From Takakia lepidozioides (taxonomy: Eukaryota > Plantae > Bryophyta), in the NCBI GenBank assembly GCA_030704615.1, contig CM060731.1, positions 4,526,001-4,590,000 on the forward strand: a stretch of DNA of 64,000 bases, read 5' to 3'. Numbering within the stretch: position 1 is the stretch's first letter; the number at the start of each line of letters is the position of its first letter. Positions 35,481 through 50,118 of the stretch are shown in pieces. A program made the translations under genes and the position numbers. A model generated the notes under the pieces. It did not search any database and was not told the origin of the DNA. It saw nothing but the letters and a program-made list of their open reading frames with translations.

Positions 35481-38400
35481 ATGGTTCGAGAGGTCTGGAA
35501 CAATGAGGAATCTAAGAAGAGAGTAGAGGGGGCAATGAAACCTAACAAGTATACAGTTAAGGAGCAAGTCATGGAATCTCCCGAGAGCGAGAGGGAGGGA
35601 GAGAAGCCCTCCTCCTTCCCTGATGAAGTACTAGAGCATGTGCTAGTCTTCCTGACGTCGCACAAGGATAGAAACGCCGTATCTCTGGTGTGCAAGGCGT
35701 GGTACAGGACAGAAGCGTGGAGTAGGAAGAAAGTGTTCATTGGAAACTGCTATGCTACTTCCCCAGAACATCTGATTAGGCGGTTTCCAAAGATAAAGGC
35801 ACTTGTCATGAAAGGACGACCAAGGTTCACTGATTTTGGGTTCATTCCCATGAACTGGGGAGCTTTTGCATTTCCTTGGATCGTGGCTATGGCTAGGGCT
35901 TACCCATGGCTGGAGGAACTCTGCCTCAAGCGCATGACAGTGTCTGATGAGTGCCTGTCCATATTGGCCCGGTCTTTCCCCAACTTTCGAATCCTGTCTC
36001 TAACTAGTTGTGATGGTTTCAGCACTGACGGGCTGGCAGAGGTCACAAGAAACTGCAGGTGAGTTTCACTGTCTTTCTGTTTTTGCAGGTGAGGTTTGTT
36101 CTTGAGTGAAGCATCTAGAGGGTAGTAAGTCAGTCTAAAGAGATTCTTGTCGAAGACATCAGGAAAGTAATGAGTAGGTTTGGTTGTTAAGAGCTTGGAT
36201 AGATCAGACAGATGTAGGGTAGGTTGGGGGAGTGTGTTGGATTCAAGGAGGTAGATCTTTTAGAGCAGTTAGTATGACTTCTGCAGGTGAAGTGCTAACC
36301 TTGATCTCACCAGCCCTGTGGATGAATAAGAGATGCGGTGAAAGGAAGCTTTTTAATCAGGATATCAAACATGCATGTTTTTAAGCTATGTGTGTGTTGA
36401 CTCAGCAGTTCAAATGGGTGAACTGGCAGGAACCTAGCTGAACTGGAGCTTCAGGAGAATGACATTGAGGTTCGGGGTGGAGAATGGTTGAGCAGCTTTC
36501 CTGACATGTATACATCGCTGGTGTCTCTCAATTTTGCAACAGTCCGCAGTACAATTGACTGGGTCGACTTCAGTGCACTTGAGAGGCTGGTGGCACGATG
36601 TCCCTCCCTGAAGCGATTGAAGCTGAACAGAGAAATTACCCTTGAACAGCTGCAACGGCTTCTTCAACGGGCCCCCCAGTTGACTGAGCTGGGCACTGGA
36701 TCTTATTCTCAGAACCTTTCGTGGGCACAGCTTTCTGAACTTCAGTCTGCCCTGGTGAGGTGTAAAAATATCCAGAGCCTCTCAGGGATTTGGGAGATGG
36801 TGCCAACGTGCCTCCCATCTTTGTGGCCAGTCTGCCTGAACTTGACCAGCCTCAACCTCAGCGATGTTGTCCTACCTACCACCGACTTTGCGAAGCTTAT
36901 CAGCTACTGCCATAAGCTGCAACGCTTGCTGGTTGGTTCCTCCACCTTCTCAAGAGAACTGGAGCTTTTTTCTCATCAATAAGAAATTGTAAGAGAAGAA
37001 TTCGCAACTACAAACACACCTGGTCCTTAACTTTCAGAGTTTATGATCTCTTCTTCTTATCTTGTGTGTGCTGTTTTTGAAGTACATTAGGGTGTGCTCT
37101 AGGTGTCTATCATCTGTGGATGTTAAGAATTGTGGTATTGAGTGTATATATATCAGCTGTAAGCTCCTCCTCTGGTCTCCTTGGGTCAAGCCCTTCCCTA
37201 TACAGTGCTGGAGACTAGTCCATTTTTTGAACCCTTCAAGAATAGATGGGAAAGGGAAGATTGAGATAGAGAGAGAGCAAGGCTTCAGCTTCACAGCATC
37301 CAAAGCAATAGGTTGCATGTAATGCACATGTCCCTTATACTTTTGAAGGTTGTTGTGCAATACATGGTAATGACAACGCCCATCATAGTGGACCTTGGAA
37401 GCTAAGTGTAGGTCTTCCTTAATTACCACGGGAGGAGAATCATTTCTAGGTTTAGTAAATTCCATCTGTTGTATACTTCGGGTTTATTGGCCTACATTTT
37501 TAAGTCTTCTAGTGAGTACTGATTATTACCTAGGTGAAACTGACATCAGTTTGGTCAGGTGGAGAGCTATTTTACGCAACTAGGGTTCTTGGTACTTAAG
37601 CAGTTCAGTCTCTTAGATCCAGGGGTCAGTACTAGTGAGTATGTAGCCAAGATTTCCACCCACACTTATGACCATTCACATGATCAGGTTCACCTTCTTG
37701 TCTGTGTTGCAAGTCGCAACCCATTTTGGTGGTGATCAAGGCTGCTTAGTTTATGCGTGCCATAGTTAATAAGGTGGATCGCCTGAGGAATTCTGTGAAA
37801 TAGATGTTGTCTTTGCTGTGTTCATTACTATTGGCTTTGGGAACCATTTGCATTGTCAATTACATCTACGAAACTCAGAAGGATTTGTTACAATTTTAAT
37901 TGAAGTCTCTGTTCTTGCCATTAGGTGCAAGATTGTGTTGGCGATAAGGGGCTACTTGCAGCTTCTATGACATGCAAGGACTTGAGAGAGCTTCGAGTGT
38001 ATCCTGTTGATCAGGAAGGTTTTACTACTGAAGAGGGTCTGGTTGCCATCTCAGAGGGTTGCCCCAACCTGCGGAAAATTCTCTACTTTTGCAAGCGAAT
38101 GACTAATGCCGCAGTGGCCACATTTGCAAGGAATTGCCGGAAGATGACACACTTTCGCCTGTGCCTAATGGGGGTCCGTGAGTGTGACTATTTGACTGGT
38201 GAACCTTTGGATGAAGCATTTGGGGCAATTGTTAAGCAATGCAAAGACTTGCGGCGTCTCGCTCTCTCTGGCTGGCTGACTGATAAGACCTTTGAGTACA
38301 TTGGCTGCTATGCTAAGCAGCTCGAGACCCTTTCAGTAGCGTTTGCTGGTCAAAGTGATCGAGGCATGCATTACATTTTGGGTGGGTGCAACAAGCTGCG

Positions 38401-38665
38401 GAAGCTTGAGATTCGGGATAGCCCCTTTGGAGATGAAGCCCTCGTTGCGGGAATCCACAGATATGAGTCGATGAGGTCTTTGTGGATGTCAACTTGCCCG
38501 ATTACTCTTTATGGATGCCAGTTCTTGGCTGACAAGAATCGCTCTCTCAATGTTGAGATAATCAAGGATACTGAGAGTGACGATGTCCAGGTTGACAAAT
38601 TGTATGTGTATCGTACCATCGCGGGGCCTCGCCATGATGCCCCAGTCTTCGTGGCTATGTTGTAG
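35481..38665 (+). CDS. AFB: TIR1/AFB family auxin receptor (F-box plus LRR), 3 coding exons
   Basis: Exons 35481-36058, 36430-36931 and 37925-38665 with GT-AG introns in phase; F-box [10 protein letters not shown]; FIGNCYA; KGRPRFTDF; LKRM; [10 protein letters not shown]; HFRLC; LSVAFAG; [11 protein letters not shown]; MRSLWMS; YRTIAGPR. Confidence 0.97.
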
Positions 38666-40326
38666 TGGAAACACCATCTTGGCTATCTATATTTATCTTT
38701 TATATATCTCCTCGCTCTTTTGGTTGCTTATGTCCCATGCCTATTTTCTCGTCAACCAACTTTTGTTCTAATTTTCCCCAGGGAGTGAGGGAGACAGGGT
38801 GGTGGGGGTGGGATGGGTTAGGAGAAGATACAGGAGAGAGACACGTGAGAGGGTGGAGGATTTTACAAGGTTGGCCTGCTTTGTCCGCACACACTGCATG
38901 TTGGGGGTTATATCTCTCTGTTTGTTTAGGTGGGGAGACTTGAATGTGTGTACATAATATTTGGTCTGAGAGTTGGAGCACATCTGTTACCAGAGACAAC
39001 GTTGCCAGCTGTTTTCGATGCCTCCCTCTCAGGTAGTGATCTTTCTGCTGTGCTTTCTTTAGTTCTAGTGGTCAAATTTGACCATCACAAGTGGATGGGC
39101 TCCCACTGGGCATGGTGCAGTTCCACAACTGTTCTGGCAACCTTGGGGAGTTCTCCTATCAGTAAAAGAAGATTGTTCTTTGATCCATGGAATCTTGTTT
39201 TGTGTCTAAATCTACACCAATTCTGAGTTTGGATAACATGGGAAGATGGATACCCTCTTAGCTCTTTGTGTGATGTTTGTGACATAGCTCCCAGTGGAAG
39301 CGCCTGCCAGGTAGTTATTTTGACGACACACTCTATGGAGGCAGACAGAGAGACTCCTGGTTTCTGCCCAGGTGAACCGCTGGACCATAAGTCAACTTTG
39401 ATGTCAGTGGTGCAAATGATGGTGGGATGTATTTGGTGCAGAGAATGATTCGTGGGTTGTTGTGGCTTCCCATGTAAGTTAGATGTTACCCCTATGTAGG
39501 CCGAGATTCATGAGTCAGGGGCCAGGAATTCCCAGTCTTGACAGGGGTCTTCGGTTCTGGGAGGATGGAGTAAGGCTCAGGGCTGTTACTTACTAGGACA
39601 CCTCAGGTTAGTCAGCGTCCTGTTTGCTGTGACCTTGGGTTTGTTGAACAAGCAGATACGTTTTATAGTAGGCTAGTGTGAGTTCCGTTTGCCCGAGTTG
39701 GGGGCTTGCTGCACGCGTTCCTTCCTGCTCTTTGGAGAGTGACTGCTGCATCAATCCACTACTATCTGATGAAGTTCTTGTGACAGCTTTCAAGACCCTT
39801 GTAGAGTTCCTGCTGCAAATTTGCAATATCTTTGCAAGAGGCTCTGGAGCAGGCATCCTCCCTTTTTCAGGGTTGACAGAAGTTGTGTGTCTGCCAGATG
39901 GTGGAAATAAACTGTAGATCTTCCTACAAGGTGCAGCATGGAACTCCTGAAAATCCTGAAAATCTCACATTTTGGATGTGTGAGTGCATCTCGACACGAA
40001 TGCCAGATTGCTGGAGCTTATGTTATGCAAGACCTGGTGGAACTCTTAAGTGATGGGTGCTTAGTGCTAACACCTTTTCTTGTTAAGTGAGGGGGAAAGT
40101 GAAAAGCCATGTCGAAGCTGACGCACAAAGATAAAGAACTAAATTGTAGGGAACAATGTAAGTGCAAAGTGCAATAATAGCAATTAGAAAACGATTATAA
40201 TTGTGCAGCTGAAATAAAAAAATTACAAAGAAGAAAGGGTTTTAAAATTAACTCTTTCTAATCTAATAGATGATATCGTGTCCATGTCAAAGGAGTAATC
40301 ACCAGACCATTGTACATTAGAGAGAA

Positions 40327-43300
40327 TTGTTACTTAAAAGAGAGAAGAGAGAATATTTGTTAATGAATAAACTCCGAACGATGGTGGAGCTCTGTGCTTC
40401 TCGTGCCGATATTGCATCTCCTCGTAGTTCCTTCAACGGTATCTTAATTCATTTTCCAGGCAAGAAGGTCGATAGGGCATATGTACGTAATTGGGCAATA
40501 AGACATCTTGGAGGCTGGGGAGAACTCAAACAGAAATTCTGTCATGCCAAAGGCCGTGGATTCTTCTCCGTAATCTTTGAAGTTAATATCTTCTCGTGGT
40601 CTTCTAAAATGGGACACATAAACTGTGGGGCCCAAGAATCATATCTATGCCCTACATTCTAAACCAATACTTGGTGAACCTACCCCACATAGCCAACCAC
40701 TTTGGCTCTTTACCTCGGCTGTTTGGCAGTGTTTGATCCACAAATGTGCACACTAAACCTCAGACAGGATCTAGCTTGGAGCTCTGTCACCATTGTATCC
40801 AGGCTCAATGGAACTGGCAGTGCCAAATTCGTTCTGATGATGCCCAATGAGGAAACCTTGCCACAATATGTCAGACTGCCAATTGACGAGGAAGGCAGCT
40901 ACTTCATTATCCAACTTATTGAAGACACTACCTATGCTGCCTGTTTCAATTGCGGACAGATGGGCCACATCAAGCTCGACTGCCCTTCAACAAAACGCAA
41001 GAGAGCGCCTCCTACTGGCCCAATGACAGAACAGATTCCAGTTCACATGATGCCACCAGTTCCAAGCATCAACACTGTTCCTGGGTCACACTCGACCTGT
41101 CCACACCAATCTGTACCATTTGGAGGTCAACCGGCTCAGTCACAGCCCCTGTGACTATCATGACACTTTGCAATCCAGTCCAAGACCCATCTCTCCTTCT
41201 GACTTGGACATCAACAGAGACCCAATGCAAGAGGAAGCCAGAGCCCACCTACATCAACAAAGGAAGCTCTCTATGATCAAAGGCAAAGGGAAAATAGATG
41301 AACACCAGTCTACTCCATCTATCCAGCTCACAAGCCCTACAACCAGAGGCGGCCCACAGATAACAACAGATATTTCTTGCAATACATCCTTTGCCAATAT
41401 GTGCCTCAACACATGCTCATTCCCAAACCTGGACTTCATTGGCTGCTCTGCCCTTGAGACAATTGCAGCTCCCTAGGCTTCCTGTGTCACGCCGTTGATT
41501 TTCAGAAAAGATAAGCCCCCCGCAATACTCATCACATTTGATTGCGTGGAATCCCTTTGGGTTAAAACCTCTGATGTCAAACACTTTCTGAGAATGAATC
41601 CACCCAACACTGGCCCGGAAATTCTATTCAAGTACAAGATTCAGGAATTCTTTGAGGCCTCTCTTCCTCACTACTTCTTGTCTCCCTCAACTAGAAGTTC
41701 ATGGGGGGCCTACTTGGAAGATCACCCCGGTTTAAGCTGCAGACCATCAACTCAAGTGTTGGCCCTGATGGAAGAGGCAGACATTTACAATATGCCGCCA
41801 CCTCTGGGAGCAATCTGGACTTACAAACAGTGGCTATCATCCCCCAGGGGAGGCCATCCGCTCCAGATAAGGAACCAAGATACTTTGGTGAATGGTTTCC
41901 AACTCCTGTCAGCCTTCTTGGATCTGGAAATAGACGAAGAAAACCATAGGATGGAACTACAAAGGACCAGAGACTACATCAATGGAGTCAGGGTTCATTA
42001 CACAAATCCAGAAGCTGCTTCGGAATCCACAGACACCAGCGACGTTTCCTCTCCAGATGACATCAGCACTGACAAAGACAACCTAGCTGCCGCAGTTACT
42101 ATCATGCACATCTCCCCTCCAGTTAACGAGGTCACCAGCCCTGCTTCCCCACCAACCATTGTGGACACAAAGTCAATATCTTCCCATTGAGGACCCCTCT
42201 CCAACAGTTCACCTTCCCAGTTCCCTGCCTGCTCTCCACCAGGTTCTCTTCTCTCCTTCTCCCTGCTATTTCTTCCAAGTGCTTGCTAAAGATCCTAGCA
42301 GATGTTGGATGTTGTGCGAAAAGTTAAAAAAACACACATAGGGGAAACAGATAAGGCACATGTTACCAACCTTCGATCTAGCAGACTGCATCCCTTCAAG
42401 AACGCTTCCTTCGGATGGCTCGCTCACTGTCAGATACCCTCAAATCGGCTCTCTGTTTTCCGCTGATTTCTTTCCAAAGGGGATTCAAATTCAAGCTATC
42501 TCGATTTCTCGGGTCCCCTCTGACCAGTTTCAGGCTGTGCCTGCCAGCCCTCACCCTCTAACCACTAGAGGTATTTTTATTCAAGTCTGCAAAAAGAGCC
42601 CAAAGCCCCCTGATCCATTTGTATGGGTCACATCCTTGAGGCCCCGCCATCGCAGAATTCACTTCTCATACCGACATATTAGGCCATCAAATATGACTTT
42701 CAGTCCAAGCCTACCTCAGTCTCCTCATGATACTTAATCTCCACTCCTGGAATCTCAGAGGCCTTGGGGCAGACTCGGCGTCCCTCAAAAGGGTCAAAAT
42801 TAAAAATGGCTTGTTTCCTTCCTTTCAAACGATTCAGTGATCTTCCTGCAAGAGCACAAACTAGATCAGATTAAAATAGATAGTCTCACTGACTGTGGCC
42901 TCTGGCCAATGCTCTGTGGAAACCCACTTCGGAGGGTACAAGGGGGGGGACTGCAATTCTTTTGTCTCCCTCCCTTCAACCATATCTATCCGCAGACTCC
43001 ATTTGGCTCCCAGGAAGACTTCAATTTTGTTCTCTCACCCTTCCTAACAATTCAGGCTCCATAGGACTAGTGAACGTCTATGCGCCAAACACTTCAGTTG
43101 AGCGTTCTGAATTCTAGTCAACTCTAAACACCAAAATGAGGGACCACTAGCCTACAATCGACAGCTGGATTTTATCGGGTGATCTTAACATGGTGGAAGC
43201 CCCACAGGATAGAAGGGGTCTCGGCTCATTCAACCCTAATCCAGAAGAGATGGATCAATGGTTCTCATGTATGCAAAACCACAGTCTGACGGAGGCCATG

Positions 43301-44590
43301 CCTATCTTCGGCCAAGCTTCTGGCCTTAAATTCACGTGGACCAACAATAGAACTCTTGCAGATCTCTGCATGGCGCACCTCGACAGAACCTATATCTCCC
43401 TAGACCTGGTTCAACTCTCAAGAAGGCTCCCTCAGGAACCAATCCCTCTAGGATTCGACCATGCTCCGATCTCTCTGATTGTACAATTCCTGGACTCACA
43501 GCATCGTGGCAGAGGCATGTTCAAAATCAACAACTTGTTGCTGAAGTTGCCTTGACAAAGTGCCTGAAAGTTTGTCAATCAAGATTGGAGTCAACCCGAT
43601 GTGATGAATATACATACCATACCTATGTTGAGGCCAGGTGTAACCTTGACTTCCACCATAAAATCCAGGAAAGAAAACTCAAGCTGCATTCTGGGGTCAA
43701 CTGGTCTACCAAGGGCGAGAAAATGACAAAATATTTTTTTGACAAAACCCGGTTACGTAGGGCTGCACAAACCATCACAGAACTTATTGACCAGCCTTCT
43801 AGCTTATCTGCCACCACCCCCAAAGCCATGGCTGAGCTTTCCAACAAACATTTCCAGCAGCTGTTCAAGAGTGACCAGGCTGACCTCACCCCATCTCCCT
43901 CATAGACCGCTGGTCTGGCTCACACGCCCACCATCCTTTCGGGTCAGAAAGCCTCATCTTTATAAGAAGGGGAATTCACGGACACTGAGCTGGAGGAAGC
44001 ATTGCAAAAGCTACAAAACAATAAGTCCCCGGGGATGGACGGGCTTTCTGTAGAGTTCTACAAGGCAATGTGGTCAAATATCTCCTCCGATTTCACGGAT
44101 ATGGCAAACCATCTGTTTTTACAGGGCTCCATGCCTTCAACGATGTCACAGGGTGTCATCACCCTGCTGTACAAAAAGGGGGATAGAACCAATATTTCCA
44201 ATTACAGACCAATCACCCTGCTGAATGTAGCATATAAAATAATAGCGAAAGCCCTGGCTCTCATACTGCAGCCTCTCTTGCCCTCTCTAATCTGCCCCAA
44301 TCAAACAGGATTCATGAAATGGAGATTCATCCTGGACAATCTGCTTTTAGCACAAAAGGTCCCTGAATTTGCTTCCAGATCCAACCAAGAAATCGTTTGA
44401 TAGGGTAGAATGGCCCTTCCTCCTTGCAGCCTTGGCAAAGATTGGTTTTCCACCGGATTTCTGTAGATGGGTGCACATTCTTCTAACTACCTCTTCTAGC
44501 ACGGTTATTGTCAACAGTTTCATTTCCTCCGAGGTCCTTCCCTCTGCAACGATCCGTCCGCCACTGGCCCCATTCCTTTTTTTGGTTAGA
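40327..44590 (+). mobile_element. L1/Tx1-type LINE, decayed and 3'-truncated
   Basis: ORF1 with CFNCGQMGHIKLDC knuckle; APE endonuclease motifs SWNLRGLG (about 42745), IFLQEHK, VNVYAPN, SGDLN, DHAPI; RT motifs KSPGMDG, NYRPITLLN, NQTGF, KSFDRVEW; many stops and deletions. Confidence 0.9.
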
Positions 44591-45420
44591 ACAAACTCAT
44601 GCATAAGGTTTTTAGTTTCAAGTGCTACGGCACCTCTGTTCTTATAAGGTCCACCCTTGAAAGGAGGCACTGGCCGCAAGGTGAAGTGGCTCTTAGTTAC
44701 ACCGGCTTTGGCCAGAATCTTCTCTCTCTCTTTAGTTGAGACTCTAGTTCGCTACGAACATATGAGCACGGACCCTCTTCAATATGGTACATATTACACC
44801 GATTATGAAAACGTGATTTTTTTTTGGGGAGATAAAAGAAGGAAGAAAAAAATGTCATGTTTCTCATTATTTGTGAAAAAAAATGAAAATGTCCTTATTT
44901 TCAATAAAGATGAGAGTTGTTGGATGAATACGTGACATATTTTTTCTCAAGCAGCTTGACCATGATCATTATATATAATAGATATATCAAATTTGTGTAC
45001 TGTTCGCATCACACTGAAGAATCATGCAAATATGATGGATCATGCCTCGAACTTAGTAAGCTTGCATGAATATTCAGTCTTCTGATTCGCTAAATTGTGA
45101 TTTGGTGCAGCGAGAGAGAATGAATAGCGATGGGACCCACGATGGTGGCCGCGACAAGGATGACTACGTAGCGGCAGCGCATATAGAGGTGTCATACAAA
45201 GCCGCAAACCAACGTCTTCACATGGATTGCGGTGGTGCCCTTTCCTAGAGTCAACGAGACACCATTAAATCGACGCTTCAACAGCGAGAGGAGGCAGCGA
45301 CGGCACAGCCACAAGGAAATGGCGACGAACGACAGCAGAGTCAAGCGGCAGCACCCCAATCTAGCATCGGGCAAACATGAGAGTCGACATAGCAATGCCA
45401 ACAACCTTGCTAGCATATGA

Positions 45421-48400
45421 CACTACAAGAGATGAGCTTTTTTAGGACTACGGCTTTGGCGGAGTCATAAAAACTGCACTAGACAGACGACTATAGAGCG
45501 CTGAAATGCGTTGCAGTCATAGTTCTATGACTATGTAGTAATGGATATCACTACATGACTCCGGAAAGTTAGGGAGCATTGGTCAAACATTGTTGACCAT
45601 GATGACAGGGATGGTTTATATGACCAGTGTGATATGTTTGACTACACATGGACGACGTTTCATGGAATCTTATGACTCCATGATTGAAGATGGTTTCACA
45701 GCTCTATCTATACGACTACATCACTACACGTGTCATTTTGAAGGCACATATAATGTTAATAAGGTTGCCCATTAGGTTTAAAAAAATTAAAAAATTGCTA
45801 ATAAGGTGCATGGCGACATCGTCAGAGCTGGAATCGTACCATATGTGATCCTAAACACTGCCCTGGTGGACATGTATGCCAAATGTGGGAGCATCGAGGA
45901 TGCAAAGGGAGTGTTCAACAATATGGCTGAATGAAATGTGGTGTCGTGGAGTGCGATGCTCGCAGGGAATGCACAGCAGGGGCGCAGGATAGAGGCTTTG
46001 GAGACGTATGAGCAAATGATGTGCGAAGGGGTGAAGCCCGACCACATCACGTTTGTGTGCACTTGCAATGCTTGTGCAAGCCTGGCAGCCCTGGAAAAGA
46101 GCAAAGAGGTGCATGGTAACATCATCAAAAGCTGGAATTGTACCAAATGTCAACCCTGGCAGCTCTGGAAAAGGGATTGCAAAGAGGTCCATGGCGACAT
46201 CGTCAGGGCTGGAATTGTACCAAATGTCATTTTGAACAATACCCTGGTGGGCATGTATGCAAAATGTGGGTGCATTGAGGATGCAACAGGAGTGTTCGAC
46301 ACTATGGCTGAACAAGATGTGGTGTCGTGGAGTACGATGATTGCAGGATATGCACAGCAAGGGCGCGGGATGGAGGCTTTGGAGACCTATGAGCAAATGA
46401 TGTGCGAAGGGGTGAAGCCCAACCACATCACGTTTGTGGAACTAGTGTGATAAGGTGATAAGGTGAGTTGGGTGTTTCCTAGAACAAATCTAGGCTGTTA
46501 TTTGTCGGCTGCTAGCAACACGGCAAGGATGTATGCATGATTTGTGCAGAGGCGTGGATAGCATGGAAGCAGCTGCACTGTCACATTATCCAAAGTGGAT
46601 TCACACCAAATGTTTTTCTACTCAGCACCCATGTCAAACATGTATGTTAAGTGCAGGAGCATCATGTATGCATGCTCACGAAGTTTTCAACAGAATGCCT
46701 CAATGATCTTTGATCACGTGGAATATAATGTTGGCAGGATTTACCGAGCATATTGGGTGTGGTAGGAATGCTTTGGAGACCTATAGGATTTGTACCAGAT
46801 GTCATTCTGAACACTGCCCTGGTGGACATATATGCCAAATGTGGGTGCAGCAAGCCTGATGCGAAGGGAGAGTTTGACAATATGGCTGACTGAGATGTGG
46901 TGTTTTAGAGTGCCATGATTGCAAGGTATGTGCAGCATGGGTATGGGATTAAGGCTTTGGAAACCTAAGAGCAAATCATGTGGGAAGGGATGAAGCTAGA
47001 CCATGTCATGTTCATATGTGTTTATAATATGCATATGCGAGCCTAGCAGCCCTGGGAATGGTCAAAGAGGTTCACGGTGACATTATATCAAAGCTGGAAT
47101 TATACTAGATATCATTTTGAACATTCCCCTGGTGTACATCTATGCTAGTTAAGTGTTCAACAGAATGCCTCAATGATCTTTGATCACGTGGAATATAATG
47201 TTGGCAGGATTTACCAAGCATGGGTTGGTAGGAATGCTTTGGAGACCTATAAGTAAATGTTGCACGAAGGGGTGTATCCCAACCACATCACATTTGTTGT
47301 GTTTGCAATGCGTGTGCAAGCATGGGAGCTCTGGAAAAGGGGAAAGAGGTCCATGGTGGCATCGTCAAAGCTGGAATTGTACCAGATGTCATTCTGAACA
47401 CTGCCCTGGTGGACATGTATGTCACATGTGGGTGCATTAAGGATGCGAATGGAGTTTTCAACAGTGTGGCTGAACATTTTGTGGTGTCGTGGAACGTGAT
47501 GCTTGCAAGGTATGCACAGCAGGGACATGGTATGGAGGCTTTGGAGACCTATGATTGAATGATAGGGGCAGGGGTGAAGCCCACTGACCACATCACGTTT
47601 GTGTGCATTTGCAATGCATCTGCAAGGCTGGCAGCCCTGGAAAAGGGCGAAGAGGTCCATGGTGACATTTTCGGAGGTGGTTTGTACCCGATGTCATTCT
47701 GAACAATACCCTGGTGGATATGTATGCAAAATGTGGGTGCATCGAGGATGCAAAGGGAATGTTCGACAGAACAAGATATGGTGTCATGTAATGCCATGCT
47801 TGCAGAAGATGCACAGCAGAGGCGCGAGATGGAGGCCGTGGAGACAATTCGTAATGGTCAACTGGAAAAAGCAGCAAAAGTAGCACAATTGATAGAACGA
47901 GGCACCGCTAACAAAGGTACCTCCTTCGACACATTTCAGCCTGCTATCAGAGTCGTCCATAAATTTTCATGTTGAATTCTGCAAGTTAGCTGGTTGAGTG
48001 AACCTTTGATAGTTTGGAGTGACTTTGACATGGTACTGCCAATGTGACAACAGGGAAGTATCCTGAAACAGGTAACAGAGACGAGGAGAAGCTGTGGCAG
48101 AATATAATGTTGGCAGGATTTACCAAGCATAGGTGTGGTAGGAATGCTTTGGAGACCTATGAGCAAATGATGCGCGAAGGGGTGAAGCCAACCACATCAC
48201 GTTTGTTTGTGTTTTGCAATGCGTGTGCATGCCTGGGAGCTCTGGAAAAGGGGGAAGGAGGTCCATGGTGACATCGTCAAAACTGGAAATGTATCAGATG
48301 TCATTCTGAACACTGCCCTGGTGGACATGTATGCGAAATGTGGGTGCATTAAGGATGCGAAGGGAGTTTTCAACACTATGGCTGAACGAGATGTGGTGTC

Positions 48401-50118
48401 ATGGAACACGATGCTTGTAGGGTATGCAGAGCAGGGACATGGTATGGAGGCTTTGGAGACCTATGCTCCTTCAATAGCACAGCGGCTACAAGTGGGTAGA
48501 TGGTTAACTGGAAACAGCAGCGGCAACAACACAATTCATAGAACAAGGCGCTGCTATTGAAGGTACCTTCTTCAACATATTTCACCCTGTTTTCCCCTGC
48601 TATCAGAGTCATCCCTAAATTTTTATGTTGAATTCTGCAAGTTAGCTCATTGGTGGATCTATGGTGGGGAGTGATTTTGACATGTTACTGCCAATGTGGT
48701 CGACAGGAAAATATCAAAAAATAGATAACAGAAACTCGAGGAGAAGCTCTGGAGTGAATACGTTTCTGACCTCAGTCAATGGTGGAACAATCGAGGCAGA
48801 AGGGGAATGCATGTTGGAAGCAGACGCATAGGAACTAGTGTGATAACTAGGGTTGGGGTGTTTGCTCAAGCAATTCTAGGCTGTCATTGTCAGCTGCTAG
48901 CAGCAAGGCGAGGATGTATGCATGATTTGTGCAGGGGTATGGATAGCTGAAGGAGCAGGGATAGAGTGTGGGTCCAGATTCATCCAGGAGGGCCGGATTT
49001 CAAGCTCCAGATTACCTATAATTCCTTGTGGAAGGATGGGTACAAGAAACCTGCATGGGTAGATGGTCAACTGGAAGCCGCTGCCGCAATGGCACAATTG
49101 ATCAAATCAGGCACTGTTAATCAAGGCACATTCTTCAACACATTTCACCCTGTTTTTCCCTCTTATCAGAATTGGCCGTATCCAGAAGTATTGCTCTGTT
49201 TAACAGGGTCCTTGATTCAGCTAGTAGCACCAAAACAAACTAGTACTATCAACAATTCAGCCCAGGTGTGGGCTTGCTTATTTTTTGCTTACTGGACCTT
49301 TTCAGGCATGAGTTTTTGGACCTTGTGGCCTTTGAGGTGTCCATTGGGACATTGGTCTCATTTGGATTTTTGTAATATAATTTACAGGGCGTGTATTCCC
49401 CTGTACTGGTCTATTTTGATTGTCTTGTGGTTGCTAGTATGCAGGAGGGGCATTCTGTTTTTATATCGGAATTTCACCATGTAATGAAGAATTTAAATCA
49501 TTTAAACTATTTTTATTTTATATAATATTATTAAATTAAACAATACCACCTATTAATAAAATTTTCCAAGCTGCTATTCCCCTGTTTTTTAAAATAAAAT
49601 ATAAATTTAATAATTTAAACTATTAAATTATATTCAAAGAACATTCTTGATGACACGTGGCATAAACCTTGCTCGAACTAGAACACGTGGCATTATATGA
49701 CACGACATTCTTTTATCCATATTTTCACCACGTGTAAAGATAAGTAGTCATATATACTAGTCATATATTCTGTCTAAGTGCCACATGTCACATCTGAAGT
49801 GCAACAGGTGTCGCGACGTGTCGCCTGCGCAATGGTGCACGTGTTCCTCTAAAACCTCTCCATATAGGCAACGCTCAGCAGACAATGTAGTCATATAGTT
49901 AGTCATATGTAAGTCATAGAGTTGTGATTACATCCCTCTCTTATGTATGACTCCAGGTGCCAGGTACGCAGTCACAACTATGACTTACAAAACGTAGTCC
50001 TAAAGACTAGTCACTATGATAGGGCTTTTTTCACTACAGAGTGATGTAGTCATGAACGCATATAAGACTGAAAAAATAGTCATATGTGCAGTCATAAAAA
50101 CGCTCATCTGTTGTAGTG
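45421..50118. mobile_element. Pack-CACTA element (non-autonomous) carrying shuffled PLS-PPR fragments
   Basis: CACTACAAGAGATGAGC...GCTCATCTGTTGTAGTG TIRs; perfect 3-bp TSD TGA (45418-45420, 50119-50121); AGTCATA/TATGACT subterminal repeats; no transposase inside. Confidence 0.93.
45803..48465 (+). pseudogene. Fragmented PLS-PPR repeats inside Pack-CACTA copy 1
   Basis: Repeated [29 protein letters not shown] / DVVSW..M..GYAQQG / EGVKPDHITFVC blocks broken by stops, frameshifts and foreign inserts; no E or DYW domain. Confidence 0.9.

Noticed and set aside
38466-38486. miR393 target site in AFB
   Set aside because: The peptide (ESMRSLW) is conserved, but the nucleotides have many mismatches to the seed-plant site.
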